Below, in pieces: positions 25,536-39,154 of a DNA stretch of 64,000 nt (the stretch's first letter is position 1; the number at the start of each line of letters is the position of its first letter). The stretch spans positions 97,156,001-97,220,000 of the forward strand of contig NC_086097.1 in NCBI RefSeq assembly GCF_963921235.1, given 5' to 3'. A model generated the notes under the pieces. That model saw only the letters and a program-made list of their open reading frames with translations, made no database searches and was not told where the DNA came from. A program made the position numbers and the translations under genes. The DNA comes from Mobula hypostoma (lineage: Eukaryota).

Positions 25536-27469
25536 CTGTGCCACAAAAGGAAGGCTCGGAGTTCGGTACTCACAGTGGGTACGGTTGCTTCCAAACCAAT
25601 CTTCTGCAGGGGTCAACACGTGCAAAGCCTGCCTGCGGTGAGCGGGCTCAATGGGATCTCTCTGCCCTTTCTATGAGTTAAAAATAAATCGGAGCATCCA
25701 GCAAATGCCACAACTGTGAGAATCATTGTACCTTTCAATACTAACCGCCCCAGTCCGCGTTCCCCGGGCCACTTAGTGCAGGGTGATATATCCGCCTTCC
25801 GATGTTTATATAGAGACCCGATTCTCTCTGTGTCATGGAAGAAACCAGTCGAGTGACCCGCTGTGCTCCAGTTTTCATCGTTAACACTTGTGAAACTGAA
25901 GATTCATCTGATGCAAGGATTAAAAATGACGGGGAAATCCAGCTCCTCTCCCTCCTCAGCCAAACCTTGACCCTCTAAACTTGTGGTGAGGTCAAATACT
26001 GGTTTTTCCCCAGAACTTAATCACAAGAAGATAGGCCCAGGGTGGGCCACTCGGCACTTCAAGCCTATCCTGCATTCAGTATCATTACTGATCTAGCCCA
26101 GGCCCCGTCTCCTTTCCGTGTCGGTTCCCCCAGAGCCTTTAATTGCCCGATCTTTCGAAAATGGACGACTTCGTCGTTCAACTACCTTTGATGATTTAAC
26201 TTCTACAGCATTGCTGGGTAGAGAATTCCAGTGATTTACCGCTTTTTCTAAGCATCTGGTTAATTCCTCCAAAACAAAATGAGTAAATCTTGGACAGGGA
26301 GTTCTATGCTGAACGTACCATTAATCAAAGGTGAAAGAAATAATAATTTTCCCATGTGCACTGTCGGGTAAATGAGATAACAAACGAGCAGTTTTCTCCA
26401 TCTTGTACCACAGCGATTGGAGAACGTAAAACATTTGCCGCATTCCATTTATTTTGTGTAATTGGAATCCCGCTGGCCCGATTACTCCTCAGATGACATT
26501 AAAACTTTTTTGCACTATCTGGGTGCACAGATTCACATCCAAACATGCAAATCACGATATTTTTAGTGACGGTAAGTAGAAAGGTTCATTGTGAGTAAGC
26601 AGAGATACAGAGTGGGGATGCAACATGATTTTTTTGATATCTGAGAATGGGATAAATTACAACATCCAGTCAGCAACCCGGATAAATTAACATCGGTATA
26701 AACTTAATAGCTAATTTATCAAGTAGTTCTTAACTTGTACCTGATCTGTGTATTGGTGACACACAAGAGAGATCCCCTAAATCAGTCACCGTCCTGCACA
26801 GCACTGCACACCAAATGTCTGCGGAATGATATTCAGTGTTATGGTAATTATGGCCTCAAGGTTTGGAGGAGGCTCCAGTTTTCAGTTGCCGTACCGTCCA
26901 TCAAACCACGGGAAGACGTGAGGACGACAGTGTCGAATTGTTTTAAATATATTGAAGCAAGCTTACATTACCTATTTCTTGAAAGGAAGCATTATTCGTA
27001 TGCACCGAGATAAAGGTGTGCCATTGATCCCTTTGGAGTAGATGGCTGGTTGCTGACTAATTTATGGAAACCCGTGTGTAGAAAAGTGAATTAGGTGTAG
27101 CTACACCACTAAAGCGGAACATCATCTGAGCGGACTGATTTGTTCCAAAAACAGTTTTAGAGATGATTTCCACCCATTCCGTGGAAAGGCAGAGAAGCGG
27201 CGCTGATGAGCCAGACGGGCATAGAAAACGCGATAGGATTCGAAGAATGGTCCGGGAAAGGAGTGTGCTGTGGATTGAGAGAAAGGGTGTGGATAGGTGA
27301 CCATCAGCACACCTACAGACACTCAACAACAGTGCACAATAACATTCTTTTCACAGTGTTTTGCTGGTAAATCGTGGGAAGCGAATCGAAGGATCATGCA
27401 TATGTGGTCATGTAGAAAACGACTGAAGAAAGTATCACTTCCTACGTGATTCCCTTGTCCACTCTTCCC

Positions 27470-28240
27470 TCCCCGCTTATCTTCTCTCCCTTGGTACTTA
27501 TACTTGCAACGGAACAAGAGCCACTGCGCCTCCTCCCTCACTACCATTCAGGGCCCCAAACAGTCACCTGCCAATCTATTGTGGGCATTTGCTGTATCCA
27601 GTGCTTCTCGTGTGGCCTCCTGAACAGTGAGAGCCGACGTAGATTGGGAGACTGCTTTGCCAAACACTTACGCTCCACCCGCCAGGAAAATCGGGATCCC
27701 GCTGTAGCCGCCCATCTCAATTCCACTTCCCATTCCCATTCCAACATGTCAGTCCATGCTCTCCTCTACTGCCATGACGTGGCCACACTCAGGCTGAAAG
27801 AGCAGCGCGGTCTGGGGAGCCTCCAATCTGATGGCATGACCAGCGATTTCTGAAACATCTGGTAATTGCCCCGCTCTCCTTCACCATTCCCCATTCCTGC
27901 TTCCCTCTCTCACTTTATCTCCTTACCTGCCATCACCTCCCTCTGGTTCCTTCCCTTTCTTCTATGGTCTACTCACTCCTATCAGACCCCCTTTTCTCCA
28001 GCCCTTTATCTCTTCCACTAATTATTTTCCCAGCTCTTTACTTGACTCCCTCCCCCTTCCCGGTTTCGCCCTATCACCTGCCACCTTGTACTTATTCCTC
28101 CCCTCCCCCCACCTTCTTACTCTGATTTCTCCCCTTCCTTTCCAGTGAAGAAGCGACTCGATCCCAAACGATCCCAATCTTTTCCATAGATGCTGCCTGG
28201 CCTGCTGCGTTCCTCCCGCATTTTGTGTGTGTTGCTTTTG
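27470..28240 (+). mobile_element. Degenerate Penelope-like element 3' part
   Basis: CCIQCFSCGLLNSESRRRLGDCFAKHLRS..AAHLNSTSHSH (GIY-YIG region) followed by the family tail. Confidence 0.85.
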
Positions 28241-29393
28241 ATGGAAGTGTTACCGCTTTGTGCTATCAGCTGCAATGCGGCTCACCAATAACCTCTCAAG
28301 GGACAGTTAGGGACGGACACTAAGTGCTGGACGTTTACAAGGAGAATAAAAGGTCGAAATTAAGCCTATAGTTTTGGAGGAGAGTGTTGATGTTATCGGA
28401 TGTTCATTTATCGTCAGGAAAATGAAATAGATTAACATAGTTTCCATCCTTCCACCGATGTAGTGGACAACACTGGATGGAAAGAACGTGAGAAACGCAA
28501 GAGATATATTGAGATCTCCGAGTCTGAACGTTTCTCGCAGAATAATACGACTGTTGGAGGGGAGAGGCGACGGGAAAGTGTTTTGCTGAACAGAAGATAT
28601 TCCTGTTGCACACAGGAATGATCGTCATTGCCATACTCAGATGTATCTAAAAATAGCCGAAACTTAGTAAACTTTCCAAAGCACAGTAAAATGAGGCATC
28701 ACGTTACCAGCAGTTAGTGCTAACAGCGCTCAGTTTAATGCGGGTCATGGAACATACAACTTCGATGCCCGATTTTTGAAATATTATTTCCACACCACGT
28801 GAGCCGCCCTCTTATAACGACCAGGTCACCGTCAAAAATTACAAACAAGGAAGCGTAGAAACATGGAAAAGAGGTATACATATGATCATGGATGGCCGTC
28901 TGCTGCTGAAATTTGTTCCTGCTTTCCCACTCTATATGTTTGCAGACAATATGAAGATACGTGGAGGGCCAGATTACGTTAAGGAAGTAGAGAGGCTACA
29001 GAAGCACTTAGACAGATTAGGAGAATGAGCAAAGAAGTGGCAGATGAAGTACAGTGCTCGGAATTCTGTGGTCATGCACTTTGGTCGAAGAAATAAATGA
29101 GTAGACTATTTTCTAAATGGAGAGAAAATACAAAATACTGAAGCGCAAAGGGACTTGGGAGTTCTTGTGCAGGATTCCCTAAAGGTTAATTTGCAGGTTG
29201 AGTCAGTTCGAGGAAGGCAAATGCGATGCATTCATTTTAAGAGGACTAGAATATAAAAGCAAGGATCTAAAGTTGACACATTATTAAACACTGGTGAGAC
29301 TTCACTGGAGTATTGTGAGCAAGTTGGGCCCTTTATTATAGAAAGGGCATTCTGAAACTGGAGAGGGTTCAAAAACGTTCTTGAAAATGATTC

Positions 29394-30146
29394 TTACCAC
29401 CATTCAGGGCCCCAGACAGTCCTTCCAGGTGAGGCGACACTTCACCTGTGAGTAGGCTGGGGTGATATACTGCGTCCGGTGCTCCTGATGTGGCCTTTTA
29501 TATATTGGCGAGACCCGATGCAGACTGGGAGACCGCTTTGCTGAACACCTACGCTCTGTCCGCCAGAGAAAGCAGGATCTCCCAGTAGCCACACATTTTA
29601 ATTCCACGTCCCATTCCCATTCTGACATGTCTATCCATGGCCTCCTCTACTGTAAAGATGAAGCCACACTCAGGTTGGAGGAACAATACCTTATATTCCG
29701 TCTGGGTAGCCTCCAACCTGATGGCATGAACATTGACTTCTCAAACTTCCGCTAATGCCCCACCTCCCCCTCGTACGGAAGCCGTAATTTATTTATATAC
29801 ACATATTCTTTCTCTCTGTCTCTCCCTTTTCTCACTATAGCCCTTGCCCATCCTCTGGGTCCCCCCCTCCCCCTTTTCTTTCTCCCTAGGCCTCCTGTCC
29901 CATGATCCTCTCATATCCCTTTTGCCAATCACCTGTCCAGCTCTTGGCTCCATCCCTCCCCCTCCTGTCTTCTATCTTCTCCTATCATTTCGGATCTCCC
30001 CCTCCCCCTCCCACTTTCAAATCTCTTACTTGCTCTTCTTTCAGTTAGTCCTGACGAAGGGTCTCGGCCCGAAACGTCGACTGTACCTCTTCCTAGAGAT
30101 GCTGCCTGGACTGCTGCGTTCACCAGCAACTTTGATGTGTGTTGCA
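29394..30146 (+). mobile_element. Penelope-like element 3' part with intact hammerhead motif
   Basis: GPRQSFQVRRHFTC..VIYCVRCS..GLLYIGET..RLGDRFAEHLRSV..RLEEQYLIFRLGSLQPDGMNIDFSNF; HHR motif at 30047-30082. Confidence 0.92.
30047..30082 (+). ncRNA. Minimal type I hammerhead ribozyme motif (PLE-associated)
   Basis: Stem I AGTC/GACT; core CTGACGA (30051-30057); stem II GGGT-CTCG-GCCC; GAAAC; palindromic ACGT in place of stem III; GTC triplet at 30076-30078. Confidence 0.75.
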
Positions 30147-31720
30147 GGATTGAGCGGCTTGTCATGTGAGGAGCGTTTGATAGCTCTGGGCCTGTATTCA
30201 CTCGAATTCAGAAGAATGGCACGTGATCTAATTGAAATTTGTCTAAATAGAGTGGATATTTCCTGTGATGGGAGAGTCTGAGGCCAGAAGACAAAGCTTC
30301 AGAATAGAGGGGCATTTTTTCAGAACGGAGATGAGAAAGAATTTATTTTAAACTGGCGTGTGGTGAATCCGTTGAATTCATTGCCTCGGCAGTTGTGGGT
30401 GACAAGTCTTTATGTATACTGAAGGCAGAGGCAGAGGCTGATTGATTATTGATTGGTTCAGGCATGAAGGGATACGGTAAGAAGTACCTTCTTGAATGTA
30501 CTTCACAACTCTTGATGGAGATTATCTCCTGTGGCTGGGTCTCGCCTACCACACGCATTCCTTTCCCATTGTTGGTGAACGTGGGCAATGTTGGATTTGA
30601 GTTTCATCGGTGGAAAGGAAAAGGGCGATATGCCAGTGCGAGCGAGCCTGACAAAGAGCACAAGGATCCGGTATCAGATGAAATGATTTTCGCAAGAACA
30701 GAGAAATCGTTTTTGCTCAATTCTCACGAAAGCCGTGTACACCAAAATTACTGTAACAAAATTAGCTTTAATCTGGTGTGTATAATTTACTTGAAATCCC
30801 TTTCGTTACGCCAGCAATTGCAGAAATAGGAAAGGATTAGTGACTATTCGTCATGTTTCTCTGTAACTCGACTGAATGTTCTTCTCTAAAGCCGAAGTAT
30901 CCGTGCTCGTTGAGTGATGTTGGTTATCTTCAGAATCTTTCTATTTGCAATATTGGACTTCCTGGTAATATTTTTAACTTTCGCATTAAAGCTTCAAGGA
31001 TATTTTACCCAATGTTTACAGCAGGAACGTTAAAGTGCGGGAACCATTGCCAAAAATTGGCACCAAGATAGAGATGCTCTAGCTGACAAATAGCCACATA
31101 GCTTGAGATGGCTGCTGCTTGGAAGACTACTGCATATACATAAGGACTTTGCTCCCACAGCCCTCTGGCAGAGTTCCAAAGGCTCACAGCCTTCTACAAT
31201 AAGGAACTCCTTCCCACTCAGTCTGAAATAAGTAGCCTCTTATTCTGAGACTATGCCCTCCGGCCTGGAACTCCCATGAGATCCACCCTCCCACCATTGA
31301 CCCTGTTTCACCTCCTAAGAATGTTATGCCTTTCAATAACTTCGCCTTTCATTCTTCCAAACTCCAATCAGCAGTTTCCTCTTTCTGCATGTCTATCCTA
31401 CTGCGTGTAAGGCACGAAGCACATAACATCGAATACAAAGATTTAGACCACAGAACTCAACTAAATGATAAATCCCGCGCGTCTTCTCCATTAATGGCAA
31501 GCACGGGCGTCTAACTTAATTAGGCTTTGCAAACAATAGATCAAACTTTCTAATAATTAGGTTCCATTTATGTCACAGAGGTACAGCAACTTGTTACAAC
31601 AACTGCCGTAAAATCTTTAACTACTGCATTATGTTTAAGATATTAGTGTAGATTGATGCGTTGGCTACATGTGAACTACCTGCTATGAGGTGAGTGACAA
31701 TGATATTCGAGTTACATCTT

Positions 31721-32124
31721 CTATTTTTTACTGTGCCTTGTATCAATTTTAGTCAATTTGTACACAATAATACTTTTAGATTCTAATCTGCTTACGACCT
31801 CACAGTTAAAATAGTCAGGCAGGATTACATCATGGAAAGGGATGGACCCGTTCCCATTTCGGAGTTCCGATGAAAGGTAAATCGTGGTTTCTTCGCTGGA
31901 GAGGTAACGCAGTGTTTCTAAAAGCGCGGGATAGCAAACTGAGCTGTAGACGATGTCCGAGCCCAGAATGAAATCATAGTTGGTAGGGAAATTTTTGTGA
32001 TCTTCTCCCCAAGTCAGCGGACGAACGTTTAAACGATGTCGGCATGCTAAAGGGACGTTGATTGAAATATTGCTGTTTATTTGCTTCAGGGTATCCGGTT
32101 TGTCTGTCATGGTAACATTGCCAC
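31721..32124 (-). CDS. EEF1AKMT3: EEF1AKMT3-like paralog C, coding exon 3
   Basis: Acceptor TTTTATTCTCAG; G|GT GNVTMTDKP..LTWGEDH..YDFILGSDIVY..TTIYLSSELR..FHDVILPDYF; TAG at 31723-31721. Confidence 0.94.
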
Positions 32125-33169
32125 CTGAGAATAAAAGAAGATGCCGATGTTTAATTCATGGTTGTCCTGGAAGACGTCTGTTCTTATACCATATTTATAG
32201 AGACATTATTACGGCCGCCGAAGACAGAGAGTGCGATCGCAGTCACCCTTTGGCTCTCTAAACCGCAGGTTTTACTGGTGAGAGCACCTCCTCAGGTGGG
32301 AGGAAAACATAGGAGCAAATGAAATGAGAAGTTGCAATCGTGGGGTCATAGAAACGTACAAGTTGGGTCCTCGACCTATCTCGTCAGTACGTTCCCTGAT
32401 TTTTACCTTCGTGGATCCCATTTGTATTAGACCGTCTCCTTCTACTCTTTCGTTGTCTGCGTACTCATTTAAATGGCTTTGTTGTCTATTTAATATTTCA
32501 GTAAAATTGTCAATCGTATTATTTGACTAAGCATTCGTGTTGTAAAAGTTCGTAATTGGCATAAGCTTTTACACCTCCACGTCATAAGTGCGCGTCTCAC
32601 TGAAGTGAAAACGAAGTAGGCACTTTTATCACCGGTACCATGTTTTTCTTTCGATTACCTTTTGTCGTAACAAACCATAACACATTTTACACGTTGTTAT
32701 AGTATCTGCCTCACTGCTCCTCCTGACGGCTCGTTGCAGATATTCAGGACAATCATTGACCTTCACATCTCCTTTATATTCTTCTGGTCTTACCTTAAAG
32801 CGGTGTCCTATAGTTCTACGTTATTCTGCCTTGGAAGAAAGATTCTAACCGCCTGTACTCGTAATTTTATAAACCTCTATAAGGTTGTGCCTCATCCAAC
32901 CTACATTCCAGTAAAGTAACCGCAGCTCCTCCACTCTACATATAAGTAAAACCCTGCAAGCCCAGGCAACGTCTTTACTGCTGTAGTATTCCCTGTGTGG
33001 TGTGGCGACCAGAAACCTACGGGTGCTCTAATCAATGCCTTATACGAATGCTACTTGATTCCCCGTCTCCTGTATGCAGCTTTTCAGCCTATGAAGGCAA
33101 GCGTACATACTACCTCCTGTCAGAGATCCACTTACAGATGGGGCCCGATACGTTATATTTGGAGAGTTT

Positions 33170-33560
33170 CTCTTGAAAAAAGCTCAAGGATTGTGGTATT
33201 TAAAGCTGAGCTGGGATCAACAATAACAAAAAGTGCTAGGGGAGTCGAGGTGGTGTAGAATGAAGTGAAGATCGATGATAACAGTATCGTCTGCAGATCT
33301 GTTGGCTCTGTAGGCGATCTGCAAAGGCTGGAGTTATGGATTTGAGAAATGACATGACCAGACTTTCCTATGTCTTCATTGTGACTGATGTAAGTGCAAC
33401 TGGTCTGTAGTCACTGAATCCAGTGATCTTTCTTTGGAGATTGGAAGAATAACAGATTTCTTAAAACATGCTGGAATAGTGCATAGTTTGAGAGACTGGT
33501 TGAAAATGTCGATGACGACTGTAGGCAGTTGATCAGTGCAGTGTTTAGGGGATGCAGGGG
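33170..33560 (-). mobile_element. Old Rex1/Babar LINE RT fragment
   Basis: KHCTDQLPTVVIDIFNQSLKLCTIPACFKKSVILPISK. Confidence 0.7.
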
Positions 33561-34227
33561 AGAGAAAGTTAGGACCAGCATTCCGGACACAGTATTTTGC
33601 TTCCTGAACGGCTTCCTCACCTCCTCTTCCGGACAATCTGCTGGAACAACTCAACGGGTCAAGTAGCATTTGTGACGGGAAAGAAAAATATCAACGTTTC
33701 AGTTTGCAACCCTGCCTCAGAACCTTTTCTCATCACACGGATTAGATTAGGTTAGATTATGAGGACACTCAGTCCTCGTTTATTGTCATTTAGAAATGCA
33801 TGCATTAAAAAATGATACAATGTTCCTCCCGTATGGTATCACAGAAACACAAGACAGACCAAAGACTAAAACTGACAAAAAACACATAATTATAACGTAT
33901 AGTTACAACAGTGCAAAGCAATACCGTAATTTGACAAGAGCAGACCATGGGTACGGTAAAAAAAAAGTCTCAAAGTCCCGATAGCCCAGCATCTCACACA
34001 GACGGTAGAAGGAAGAAAACTCTCCCTGCCATGAGCTTCCAGTGCCGCAAACTTGCCAATGCAGCATCCTGGAAGCACCCGACCATAGTCCGACTCTGAG
34101 TCCGTCCGAAAACTTCGAGCCTCTGACCAGCCCTCCAACACTGAGCACCGAGCTCCATCTCTGCCGAGCGCATCAACCCCGGCCCCGGCCGCCAAGCAAC
34201 AGGCAAAGCCGAGGATTCGGGGCCTTC

Positions 34228-36225
34228 TGTCATCGTCTGGACCGTGGAGTCCCTATTCCGGTTCACGGTCAGGTCCATAGTTCCTTATTCCAAGGTTTCT
34301 GGTTTTCCCCAGTTTCTGTTGTAGGCACATGATTCTCGTTTTGGGGCTCAGACATAAATACCTCTGCAAACCAGGGATTCCCTGCTGGACTGTTCTGTTC
34401 CCTCTCTGTCGTTTCCCCTCTCGCCTGACTCTGCCTGGATGCCTTGCCTGACTCTCTGCCTGCTCACCTAGCCTGGATACCCCACTTGTATTGCTGAAAT
34501 TTTACCGCCAGAGCAAGACCAGAGCCTTGTTAGGTCAAGATAAGGAACTGTCTTTCGTTGTGTGGAATTCACTCTCTGTGTCCACGCCTTTGCTAGGTAG
34601 GTCCAGCCGTTTGCCGCTACCTAGTGTTAGGAACTGTCTCTGCATCCTCGCCTTCGCTAGGTGGGTCCGGCTGTTTGCCGCCATCTTGTGTTGGGATCCG
34701 TCTCTTCATGTTCAGCGTTCTGTGGATGACTCCCGGCCCTACGTCCTGTTCCCAAGGAAGGATCCCGGCTCTGTGTTATGTGTAAGAGTCCCGGCCCTAC
34801 GTTGTGTTCCCAAGGAGGGGTCCCGGCTCTGTGTTCCGTGCTCCCATATCTTCTAATCCGAGGCTCCCTGTTCTTGTCTCTTCTAGTTCAAGGCTCCGTG
34901 TTCCTGAAGGCCCTCATCCAATCCGTGCAAAGTCCAGTCCTATCCGAGTCCTGTCCATGTGCCTTTACTTGTCCTTGTGTCTCGCCCTGCGCAGGACTTC
35001 CTCACACAAGCCATGCCCAATCCAGTAGCCTCGTCTTGTCCTCGCCTAGTTCTGAAGTCCGAGTCCGAGTCAAGTCCCACGTTCTGGGTCCTTGCCCAGT
35101 CTCTGGCTCGGAGTCCATACCCAAGCCTCGAATACCCTAGACCCAAGGCCCAAGACCCCAAACCTGTCTCCAAGCTCAAGCCTCAAGACACCAAGCCTGT
35201 CGCCAAGCTCAAGCTTCAAGACCCCAAGCCCGTCTCCAAGCTCAAGCCTCAAGACCCCAAGCCTGTCTCCAAGCTCAAGCTTCAACACGCCAAGCCTCTC
35301 TCAAAGCTCAAGCTTCAAGACCCCAAGCCTGCCTCCAAGCTCAAGCCTCAAGACCTCAGGCCTGTCTCCAAGCTCAAGCCTCAAGACCCCAAGCCTGTCT
35401 CCAAGCTCAAGCCTCAAGACCGCAAGCCTGTCTTCAAGCTTTAAGACCCCAAGCCTGTCCCCAAGCTCAAGCTTTAAGACCCCAAGCCTGTCTCCCAGCT
35501 CAAGCCTCAAGACCTCAAGTCGGTCTCCAAGCTCAAGCTTCAAGACCCCAAGCCTGTCTCCAAGCTCAAGCCTCAAAACCACAAGCCTGTCTCCAATCTC
35601 AAGCTTTAAGACCCCAAGCCTGTCCCCAAGCTCAAGCTTTAAGACCCCAATCCTGTCTCCCAGCTCAAGCCTCAAGACCTCAAGTCGGTCTCCAAGCTCA
35701 AGCTTCAAGACCCCAAGCCTGTCTCCAAGCTCAAGCCTCAAGACCCCAAGCCTGTATCCAATCTCAAGCCTTAAGACCCCAAGCCTGTCTCCAAGCTCAA
35801 GCCTCAAGACCCCAAGCCTGTCTCCAAGCTCAAGCCTCAACACCCCAAGCCTGTATCCAAGCTCAAGCCTCAAGACCCCTAGTCTATCTCCAAGTTTAAG
35901 CCTCAATACCCCAAGCCTGTCTCCAAGCTCGAGCCTCAAGACCCCAAGTCTGTCTCCAAGCTCAAGCCTCAAGACCCCAGCCTCCAGTCATGTCATGTCC
36001 TTGCCTGGTTCTGGGGCCCTAGCCCGAGGCAAGACCCAGGTTCTGAGTCCTTGTCCAGTCTCTGGCTCTGGGTTCAAGCCCAGGTTCCTAGTTCATAGTT
36101 CCTTGTCCAGTTTCCCTGTTTGTTGTCCTTGTCTTAGCCCAAGTCCTTCATCCTTGTCCTGTTCCTAGTACTTCAGTGTCTGTGTCTTGCATTTAGGTCC
36201 GCCATCAACGACCCCCATTGTGACA
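34228..36225 (+). mobile_element. Solo LTR (family I) with internal 33-bp minisatellite, inserted in an older repeat in intron 2 of paralog C
   Basis: TGTCA...TGACA termini; flanks CCTTC/CCTCC; homologous to 62453-63744; the host repeat reads through across the insertion. Confidence 0.85.
35151..35980 (+). repeat. 33-bp tandem repeat, about 25 copies
   Basis: Unit CAAGACCCCAAGCCTGTCTCCAAGCTCAAGCCT; 11-aa periodicity in three ORFs. Confidence 0.95.
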
Positions 36226-36669
36226 CCTCCCCTCGGAGATTTCGGATCACACAGTAGCAGCGGCAGCGAATGCTGATGCGGCCAAGTGCGGGTTAATAGG
36301 AAAAGGTGTCTACTGGTCGTCTAGGACGAGTTGGGGAGAATGGACGATTCTACAATACGGTGGCATGTTTTATAAAAGAAGGAAGTCCACATTTAAACGG
36401 TATCCTACCGAAAGAAAAGTCACCGTAAAACGAAGATCAAGATCGCCTGACAAAAAGAAAAAATTAAGAAACTTCGGGCTTCCTCTTCCCCTGGAGCAAT
36501 TACAGAATGTATTAAGTAGCATTGTGAGGATGAACTTGACATTGCCGCTATATTATGAAAGACGCTTCAGCGATGCATATTCTTTACTGTTACATATGAA
36601 ATCCTCCTACTGAGACACAGACAGCTCTCCCTATACAGCAATAGCATCGGGCTGCTCCTTCTGCTGTCA

Positions 36670-36810
<141 letters not shown>

Positions 36811-37897
36811 TTAGATTAATAGAATGTTGGGGTGAGTTCAGGCAACTCTTTGCAAGAGTTGAGAAATGAACTCGGAAAGGGCACTCCGTCTATTTCTGAA
36901 CTTTGTCGAAGAACTGTCCTTCTCACATGCTCTGTGTCAAATGAACCGTTCTCAGGACCCGGATACCTGAAAAGACCTTGCCAGATCGGAAAATTTAGAA
37001 TTTAGTAGTCAGTTTAGCTACAATGGGAGATGAATGACCAGGACAATACAAATATATCCAGCATATGGACACAATATGGCGGGGTAGTTTATATCTAACT
37101 CAGCGACTTAACTGAAGTGTGACCTCGGTTCAGCGTCTTATCTCTGTGACTAGGTCTGAGAGAGCGGAACTCCTCAGTAGTGGGAATGTCGGGGTCATTT
37201 CTAAGGTGGGAGTCTAAGGCAATGAGAATTGATTCGCTCACGCCCTGCTTCAGATGGAAGTGTGCTACAGAGTAAGATTGAAGCGACAAGAACATTTCAG
37301 GCAATTACGCAATGGAACCAACTAACCGGCTGCAGTACAAAGCCATTTTGTTCCCCTGAGCATTTAAATCTGCGTCACCCACTCAGTAATGCCGAGACGT
37401 AAAATGCCAGTACGGTGTGAATTGTCCAATCCCATTTCTTAAAATTAACTGTGTTTCGATTGTGGAGACTATATACTGTATATGTTCCCGTCTTGTTAAA
37501 CTGCGAGCGTCAGGGTTTAGACCACAGCTGGGCCCAGGTGTGTAATTACATATCTTAGATAACAACACATGAATAGGGGGTGCAAATGTATATTATGACG
37601 GTCCTTAAATATGAGGCTCCCCGACCTTCTGACTCTTATGCAAAAACGATGCTAAACAAAAGATACTTGGTATATTACAATGTTCTGTTTGTATTCGTAG
37701 AATGTACGCAAATTACAGTGGAAGATAGGGCGAACTAATTAATGCTGTGCCTTACCCCTGATATACTTTTCAAATATTTTCCCACTATGTAGAGTAATTC
37801 AGTTTAAATGAAAACAGGGAGTAATGGGTAACATTTATCTGCTAAACTGATGTGAGGGGTTAACTTTAGATTGTTGCAAACAATACAATAGACTTAC

Positions 37898-38068
37898 AGC
37901 GTCCCAGATATACGAGGAAATGCCCAGTCTTGCATCCATTATTCGAGCGATCTTCAAACTAAATCCGCAAAATTCGAAGTTATTCCAGCGGATTAAATTT
38001 GCCGACTCGTTGTCCTCATTCTCGCCGTCCCAGTAGATGGGACGTTGCTGATACTGCGTAGTTGCCAT
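37898..38068 (-). CDS. EEF1AKMT3: EEF1AKMT3-like paralog C, coding exon 1 (spliced product 228 aa)
   Basis: TCCATGG start; MATTQY...FEFCGFSLKIARIMDARLGISSYIWDA; GTAAGT donor at 37897. Confidence 0.9.
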
Positions 38069-38919
38069 GGATTTTTCCCCGTTCTTCCCTCTTGGTCGAC
38101 CTTGTGAAACAATTGTCACAGGCTAGGATCTGAATTTGAGAGAACAGTTAAGAGCTCCGCATATGTATCCAGTTCTAAATTCTCATGATGTATTAAAACG
38201 TTTCACAATCAATAGTGCGTAAGCACTTATCAGATCCGTCTACGAATACCAATACCCAATTTTATTCAGTCTGTGTGGAAAAACTGTTAAACGTACAGCC
38301 GAGCTTTCAGATTACAGCATGACTCAATAGAACGGAATGCTAAACATTGCAATTTCTTATTTCTCAAACACCTCATCATATCAATCGTTTATGGACTTGG
38401 ATTTTATTCTCATAAAGAATCATTCGTAGACAAAATAATTCTCAGTAGCCACGAAATAAGCAGCAAACTGCAAAAATCCAAAGCCTTATGTGGCCGCAAT
38501 GTAGATTATACTTCCCTTGAAATGTAAAGTCAAATTTCCAATAACCTTTTGTACCTATGGACCAGCTTTTAATTAATTATTTATGCGCTTGGCACTTCCA
38601 ATTGGTCCGCTCCTCAAGGGTTTCGAGCCTTTCACCGTGTCGAAAATATGTATATAGTTGATAATGACAAGTCTAACATTGACAGCTTTACAATACGTCG
38701 TCTTGAACGCTGCTGTTCACGGTGTTTCCCATATATTTTTTAATGGAGTCAATGTAACTTTCCATTGACGACTAAAGTTTGCGTGTTCCTTAGGGGATGC
38801 TAAAATATGAAGACCCTGGATAGATCAGTACCTAGGGTAATCTAAGGTATCGTCTTAGATATCGGCAATAAAAAAAAGTATGTCTATCATTACTAGTTAA
38901 AGAGACGGTAGAATAATAA

Positions 38920-39154
38920 GCAACACACATAAAAGTTGCTGGTGAACACAGCAGGCCAGGCAGCATCTCTAGGAAGAGGTACAGTCGACGTTTCGATACG
39001 AGACTCTTCGTCTTCGTAGGTCCTGGCGAAGGATCTCGGCCCGAAACGTCGACTGTACTTCTTCCTAGAGATGCTGCCTGGCCTGCTGCGTAGACCAGCA
39101 ACTTTTGAGTGTGTTGCTTGAAATTCCAGCATCTGCAGATTTCCTCGTGTTTGC
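38920..39154. mobile_element. 235-bp palindromic PLE end derivative with two opposed degenerate hammerhead motifs
   Basis: Inverted arms of about 80 bp; flanks GTAGAATAATAA (38908-38919) / GTAGAGTAATAA (39155-39166). Confidence 0.88.

Larger units (their letters stand above)
28940..30480 (+). mobile_element. CR1 3' fragment split by a PLE insertion
   Basis: FADNMKI..RLQKHLDRL..QRDLGVL before ~29393; resumes at ~30147 with GLSCEERLIALGLYSLEFRRM. Confidence 0.85.

Noticed and set aside
35092..36168. 358-aa and 223-aa ORFs as real genes (mucin-like or LRR-like)
   Set aside because: Produced by a 33-bp minisatellite within a solo LTR; non-ATG starts and no LRR consensus
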